Source of the DNA: Nemertoderma westbladi
Lineage: Eukaryota; Animalia; Xenacoelomorpha
Direction of reading: 5' to 3'
DNA length: 50,518 nt
Assembly: GCA_032718475.1 (NCBI GenBank)
Contig: JAUCBJ010002204.1
Location: 1-50,518 of the forward strand
Position numbers and translations under genes: made by a program. The notes beneath the pieces are model-generated. The model searched no databases. It saw nothing but the letters and a program-made list of their open reading frames with translations, and was not told where the DNA came from. Position 1 is the stretch's first letter; each line of letters opens with the position of its first letter. Below are positions 45,026-50,518 of this stretch, piece by piece.

Positions 45026-46735
45026 CTAACAGCAATTATACTTGATACCTCTATGAACTGATTCCATGTGTCTCTTTAGATTACTCTTAACACTAAATTG
45101 CTTTTCACAAGAACCGCAATTATACTTGATGCCTTTATGTACTGATTCCGTGTGAGTCTTTAGATATCCTTTGTCACTAAATTGTTTTTCACAAGAACTG
45201 CAATTATACTTGATACCTTTATGTACTGATTCCATGTGTTTCTTCAGAATCTGTTTCCCAATGAATTGTCTGTCACAAGAACCGCAATTATACTTGATAC
45301 CTTTATGTACTGATTCCATGTGTTTCTTTAGATAACCTTTGTCACTAAATTGTTTTTCACAAGAACCGCAATTATACTTGATGCCTTTATGTACTGATTC
45401 CATGTGTTTCTTCAGAATCTGTTTCCCAATGAATTGTTTGTCACAAGAACCGCAATTATACTTGATACCTTTATGTACTGATTCCATGTGTATCTTTAGA
45501 TATCCTTTGTCACTAAATTGTTTGTCACAAGAACCGCAATTATACTTGATGCCTTTATGTACTGATTCCGTGTGAGTCTTTAGATGTCCTTTGTCATTAA
45601 ATTTTTTTTCACAAGAACCGCAATTATACTTGATGCCTTTATGTACTGATTCTATGTGTCTCTCTAGACTCTGTTTCCCAATGAATTGTTTGTCACAAGA
45701 ACCGCAATTATACTTGATACCTTTATGTACTGATTCCATGTGTTTCTTTAGATATCCTTTGTCACTAAATTGTTTTTCACAAGAACCGCAATTATACTTG
45801 ATGCCTTTATGTACTGATTCTATGTGTCTTTCTAGACTCTGTTTCCCAATGAATTGTTTGTCACATGAACCGCAATTATACTTGATACCTTTATGTACTG
45901 ATTCCATGTGTTTCTTTAGATTTCCTTTGCTAGTAAATTGTTTGTCACAGAAACCGCAATTATACTTGATGCATTTATGAACTGATTCCGTGTGTATCTT
46001 TAGATATCCATGGCCACTAAAGTGTTTGTCACAATAAACACATTTAGACTTGATGCCTTTATGTACTGATTCTATGTGTCTCTCTAGACTCTGTTTCCCA
46101 ATGAATTGTTCGTCACAAGAACCGCAATTATACTTGATACCTTTATGTACTGATTCCATGTGTTTCTTTAGATTTCCTTTGCTAGTAAATTGTTTGTCAC
46201 AAGAACCGCAATTATACTTGATGCCTTTATGTACTGATTCTATGTGTTTCTTTAGATTTCCTTCCAGTGTGAACAATTTATCGCAATAAACGCATTTATA
46301 CTTGATACATTTGTGAATTGATTCCACGTGTCTCTTTATAATCCGTTTGTTTCTAAATGGTATATCACATGACCCACAATTATACTTGATACCTTTATGC
46401 AATGATTGTTTACGATTATTCAAATTTACTTTGCGATTAATTCGCTTACCCTTGAGAACGGACTTATCAATAACTTCGCAAGGAGATGGTTTCCGAATAC
46501 AGAAATCGTGTCTTACAACTAGAGAAATATCTTCAGAAGTACCGCAAATAGCTCCCGCTTCTGATTTAAAACTGATAACGTTTATACCGCTGTTTGTGTT
46601 GCTGATTTCGTTATTAACAGTTGGTGGAGTGACGCATTTCTCTTGTTCCTCCTCACCGGACTGAGAATCACTTTCATCTGCCATGATACGATCCAGTAAA
46701 TCCCAGGCAGCGTCACTCAAAGTATTCGAAGACAT
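45026..46735 (-). CDS. C2H2 zinc-finger gene copy 3 (569 aa, about 16 fingers), with degenerate fingers continuing to 44801
   Basis: Open ORF with the MSSNTLSDAAWDLLDRIMADESD N-terminus and 84-bp finger repeats. The upstream region 46736-47430 is homologous to 30300-30978. Confidence 0.9.
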   Translation of the reverse strand: MSSNTLSDAAWDLLDRIMADESDSQSGEEEQEKCVTPPTVNNEISNTNSGINVISFKSEAGAICGTSEDISLVVRHDFCIRKPSPCEVIDKSVLKGKRINRKVNLNNRKQSLHKGIKYNCGSCDIPFRNKRIIKRHVESIHKCIKYKCVYCDKLFTLEGNLKKHIESVHKGIKYNCGSCDKQFTSKGNLKKHMESVHKGIKYNCGSCDEQFIGKQSLERHIESVHKGIKSKCVYCDKHFSGHGYLKIHTESVHKCIKYNCGFCDKQFTSKGNLKKHMESVHKGIKYNCGSCDKQFIGKQSLERHIESVHKGIKYNCGSCEKQFSDKGYLKKHMESVHKGIKYNCGSCDKQFIGKQSLERHIESVHKGIKYNCGSCEKKFNDKGHLKTHTESVHKGIKYNCGSCDKQFSDKGYLKIHMESVHKGIKYNCGSCDKQFIGKQILKKHMESVHKGIKYNCGSCEKQFSDKGYLKKHMESVHKGIKYNCGSCDRQFIGKQILKKHMESVHKGIKYNCSSCEKQFSDKGYLKTHTESVHKGIKYNCGSCEKQFSVKSNLKRHMESVHRGIKYNCC

Positions 46736-47596
46736 ATTTAATAGAATTCGGACTAACTGACGTATAAATGTGACAGTCTAAATATTACCAATATAATTCA
46801 ATTTAATGACACAAACCTCACCAGTCGTGGCGTTTAATACTCTCTGGGTTTGGCTGACTGTAATACCGAATGCTGCAGCAGCTACAGTGCTTAGGGGAGT
46901 GGAGCGCCTTAGGAGTGAACGTAGGAATATAATTGGGTACCTAAATTAGATCCAAATACAATAGATGTAACAGATGCACCGGTAGCTACTAAGAACATTT
47001 GGGCCTCTATCCCTACCAACATCGATGGGTAACTCTGCCAGTTTGATTCGGGGAATACTGGAACTTTACAATGAAAGGTTTGCGGCCTCGTCACTGTAGA
47101 AAATCGTAACAGAGGTTGTTTAACAATACCTCGCTAGATTAGTTGGCGCCAATTTATCTATCATGGAACCAATTATCTATGTATTGTAGTTACGACCCAA
47201 CGGCCATCGTTTTAACAACGTAATATCCATCTATTGGAAGTATTTTCGGTGAATTTATGACGAATAAATTACCTAGTCGTCGACCCGCGGATGAGAATTA
47301 CGTTTTTGACAATTCCGTTGTTGGATTTTATTTATTACGGGAGATCCGCGCCCAACCCATAAGCCAAACCAGGGTCTACAATTCTTTTGTGACAGGCGAA
47401 AATGTCCCACCACCCCCGCATATTTTGACCGGGAGGGGGGGGGGGGGGGGGGGGCAAAATCCAACATAATTGCATAACATTTTGACCCCCAACGACCAAA
47501 TCTCCTAGCAGATATTGTCATTTCGCACAGATTTTATCCATCTTGAATCTAATGGAACTACTAAAAGGATCGGCATACTACGTTGCAGATACATTT

Positions 47597-48256
47597 TTAA
47601 GAATGCTGTGCCCGCTTGTCGACAAAATCGCGCCGCCACAACTCCCTATCACCCATGACATTGGCTACATCATCCGCATCTTTAAAGCCAGTGTCCTTTA
47701 AGATGCGTCTCAAGAAAGTCATGGGCTCTCCACCATGCTTATTTACTCTATGAGGCTGCTAAAGTACAAGATTGTGCACTGGCTGGTCCTCACGGCGAAA
47801 GCAATGTCCTGCAAAGCGGAGGCGACTTTGTTCTAGTGTCAAGCTTTTGGGAACCAATGAGACACCTCCAATGTTATATAGTGTCTGGTTGGAGATGTGT
47901 GCATTGTACTTGACACAATGAACCCGGCGTAGCATTCTTGTGAATGTGCCATCCAGAAATTTGGTGTCCTCAGCAGTTAGAGCCCAGCATGGACTCCCAT
48001 AGAGGAGTATTGGAACTACTGCTGCTCTAAATAATCGGACCTTAAGTTTCCAATTAATTCTCGGTGACTTCCAAATCCTGGCAAGCGTATTCAAGGCTGG
48101 CCATGCCTTTCCCTTACGTATACGAAGGTCCTCACCTGACTTCCGGATCCATGATCGCAGGTAACAGAAGTCGTCCACATGCTCAAGCATACCATCCCTT
48201 GAGCTTATGCTCATCCGGTCAGAGACTTGCTGAGGACTTTCAAAGTTAACTGTCAA
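47597..48256 (-). pseudogene. 3' fragment of a related RTE-like LINE
   Basis: ORF 47759-48256 has KAWPAL..L.RIWK...LKVRLFRA.V.PILLYGS..W.LT...LDG..TRMLR. It shares the 3' end CACAGCATTCTTAA with 41161-41174. Confidence 0.8.
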
Positions 48257-49484
48257 AATTTTGGGCCTACCATTTGTCTGTTAAATGTTGGTTTAGATTT
48301 TATGATGATGGATGGGCGATATGGCCGCATGGGGAGGACGAACTGGTGCTATTTTTAGAATATTTGAATAGTATGCCACGCCCACCATTAAATATACACT
48401 AGAAAAGTCCTACTCTAGCCTTCCGTTTCTGGATGTCCTTACAAGTGTTAATAGCCAGGGTTCTATTGATTTTGAATTATACATTAAACCCACTAATGCT
48501 TAACTATAATAGTAGCCACCCACGTACCATTATTACAGCCACCGCACGTTCCGCAGTTAAACGAGCTATACGAAATAGCTCTACAGTAGAAGTCAAAGGG
48601 CGCAGTTTGGATAAAATATACAATATGCTCAGTAACGACTACCCCCCACATATAATTAAAGCACTTATACGTAATGAAGAAATGGGTAGAGTACATAATA
48701 ACCGGAATACCACTTCTAGAACCCTGGAAAATAAAGTTCCATTAGTTTTACCATTTTATAACGTAAAGGATTGAAAAGGGGTGTGGAACGCGCCATTAAG
48801 AACTCCCCAATAGGAAGCTCGGCAAGGTTGGTATGTACACCTGGCACTAAACTCCTCCAGCTTTCAGATCCAGCCTTCAACCCGAGAGGTGTCCGTCTAC
48901 TGCCGGAACTATCTGTTACACGTGTAACCACGGTGTAACAAAGTGTACAGTGAGGAACGCTGTCTATGAGATTAGGTGCACGGTTTGCACCCAACACGTA
49001 GATAATTATATTGGAGAAACGGTAGGGCCCCTCCGCGAAAGGATTAACAGACATAAGAACTCCGTGAGGCAAGGGAATAGAAAGGAAGCTATAGAGGAGC
49101 ACTACTTAGATAAACACCCGGGGAATACTAATTACACCAACCCATTTACAGTACAAATTAAACGCATATGTAAAGACTGGACAGAACGTAAATTAGCGGA
49201 GAAATTCTATATTACAAGAGACAGACCGACACTCAACACCCAATACCTAAAAGAACACGATGCGGGGTGGTGAGAATTAACTTTTATACAGTAGTTCCAG
49301 TTCCAATGTTTGGGGGGGGGGGGGGGGGGGGGGGGTAGTTGCAACCTAGATACCTACCGGTAGCAGTATTTTTGTCATTGGTGCAGTAGTTGTCAGTAGT
49401 ATAATAGTATCCTTACCGGTTAGACGCATAGTTAATTACTGCTTGATAAAGGCCTGTTGGCTGAAATATAGCATTATTATTATT
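48257..49484 (+). mobile_element. 5'-truncated, frameshifted Penelope-like element (RT C-half, thumb, GIY-YIG, 3' pLTR)
   Basis: WFRFYDDGWAIW at 48289-48324; LPFLDV; NYNSSHP; L..NDYP..II; VPLVLPF; NAVYEIRC..C...NYIGET...RINRH (ORF 48950-49273). Confidence 0.88.
49437..49476 (+). ncRNA. Minimal hammerhead ribozyme variant (U3-A8) in the PLE 3' region
   Basis: TACTGC-TTGATAA-A-GGCC tgtt GGCT-GAAA-TATA-GCATTA, downstream of the GIY-YIG stop codon. Confidence 0.65.
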
Positions 49485-49707
49485 TGAATTTGGTAGGGAA
49501 ATAGCTGAGAATATGGGCATTCGAATGTTGCATGTTTTTGCTTCCCATGCAGGGCCATTTTATTCTATTTAATAAATACACAATGTTCTAGAACATTTTG
49601 TTTATTCCATACGTAGCCGGGCAACAATGCAATACCTCTTTAATTATACTATTACGTAGCTATTCATAAATAAACAAAATGTTCTAGAATATGGTAGGCC
49701 CCCTAGT

Positions 49708-50060
49708 GCTTTTGCTTTCCATGCCACTGCTACTATATCCACGTTATGCCATCGAGTGGTCCAGCCGCTTTTTAGAAATGCTTGAGATGTTGCTGCTAAT
49801 ATTTGTATAATTATTGAGTGGGATTTCTTATGTCCATTTGTCCGATTGAAAGGAACGTTATTAATGGAGATGAAGGTATCAGTTGACCATTAATATTTAG
49901 GAACATAGGTTCTTACGATTTAGTAAACATTCTCTCAATTGGTAACAATATCGTTTATTGTTATGGTTAGAAAAGTCCCCCACTGCAACCTGTTCCTTTA
50001 CCTCCTTAGGTAACAATAACTTTTATTGTTTTGGTTAGAAAACCCGCCTACCTTTTGTAC
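49708..50060 (+). repeat. Third copy of a ~350-bp non-coding repeat (29940-30290 direct; 33270-33650 inverted)
   Basis: TTGCTTTCCATGCCACTGCTACTATATC...AAAAGTCCCCCACTGCAACCTGTTCC is shared by all three. Confidence 0.85.
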
Positions 50061-50395
50061 ATATAATCCTAACATTTTTATTAACTGCTGTAAATCCTTC
50101 CGAGACTGATAGTTTAACCTACTGAATTGGTCAGCATTATATTATGCCGATGATAGATTCTCTAATATAGCTTCCAAATCTCATAGACAATTCGTGAAGG
50201 AAGACTGATTTATTCATCAACCTAGTTATTCTGTTTGCATTCATCTGACAGGCAGTTTCCATTATGAGTCTATACTGCCAGATATTCCCTTTGGCGATAT
50301 CTCCTTTGCAGAAGTGAAGGCTGCTGCAAAGAGCATTATAGTAAAGTAAGTTGAATGTGGTCTATGTCACGTAATCGGTATATTATATACTGTAT

Positions 50396-50518
50396 AATAA
50401 TAATAATGCTATATTTCAGCCAACAGGCCTTTATCAAGCAGTAATTAACTATGCGTCTAACCGGTAAGGATACTATTATACTACTGACAACTACTGCACC
50501 AATGACAAAAATACTGCT
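50396..50518 (-). repeat. Inverted copy of the PLE 3' end/pLTR including the hammerhead (50404-50443); runs off the window
   Basis: Reverse complement of 49362-49484. Confidence 0.9.

Overview
AT-rich eukaryotic (animal-like) DNA made almost entirely of nested transposons and local duplications. The centrepiece is a young, full-length 18,606-bp Bel/Pao LTR retrotransposon on the minus strand (3371-21976), with near-identical 1172-bp TG..CA LTRs, a GGCAT target-site duplication and empty sites elsewhere in the window. Besides gag-pol it carries a large extra coding unit where env would sit: a 271-aa ORF and, in the same frame, a 1140-aa ORF with a DnaQ-like (WRN/Mut-7/EXD-type) 3'-5' exonuclease domain and tandem zinc knuckles. 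A long RNA hairpin precedes this unit. The element has no tRNA-type primer-binding site but shows a Tf1-like self-complementary match instead. Around it lie Penelope-like fragments with variant hammerhead ribozymes, RTE-like and CR1-like LINE relics, several non-autonomous DNA elements, many TA-CAG-TA excision footprints, a GGGAAT satellite and three paralogous poly-C2H2 zinc-finger genes with minisatellite-like arrays, arranged in large direct and inverted duplications. All family assignments come from motif recognition by eye, not database searches.
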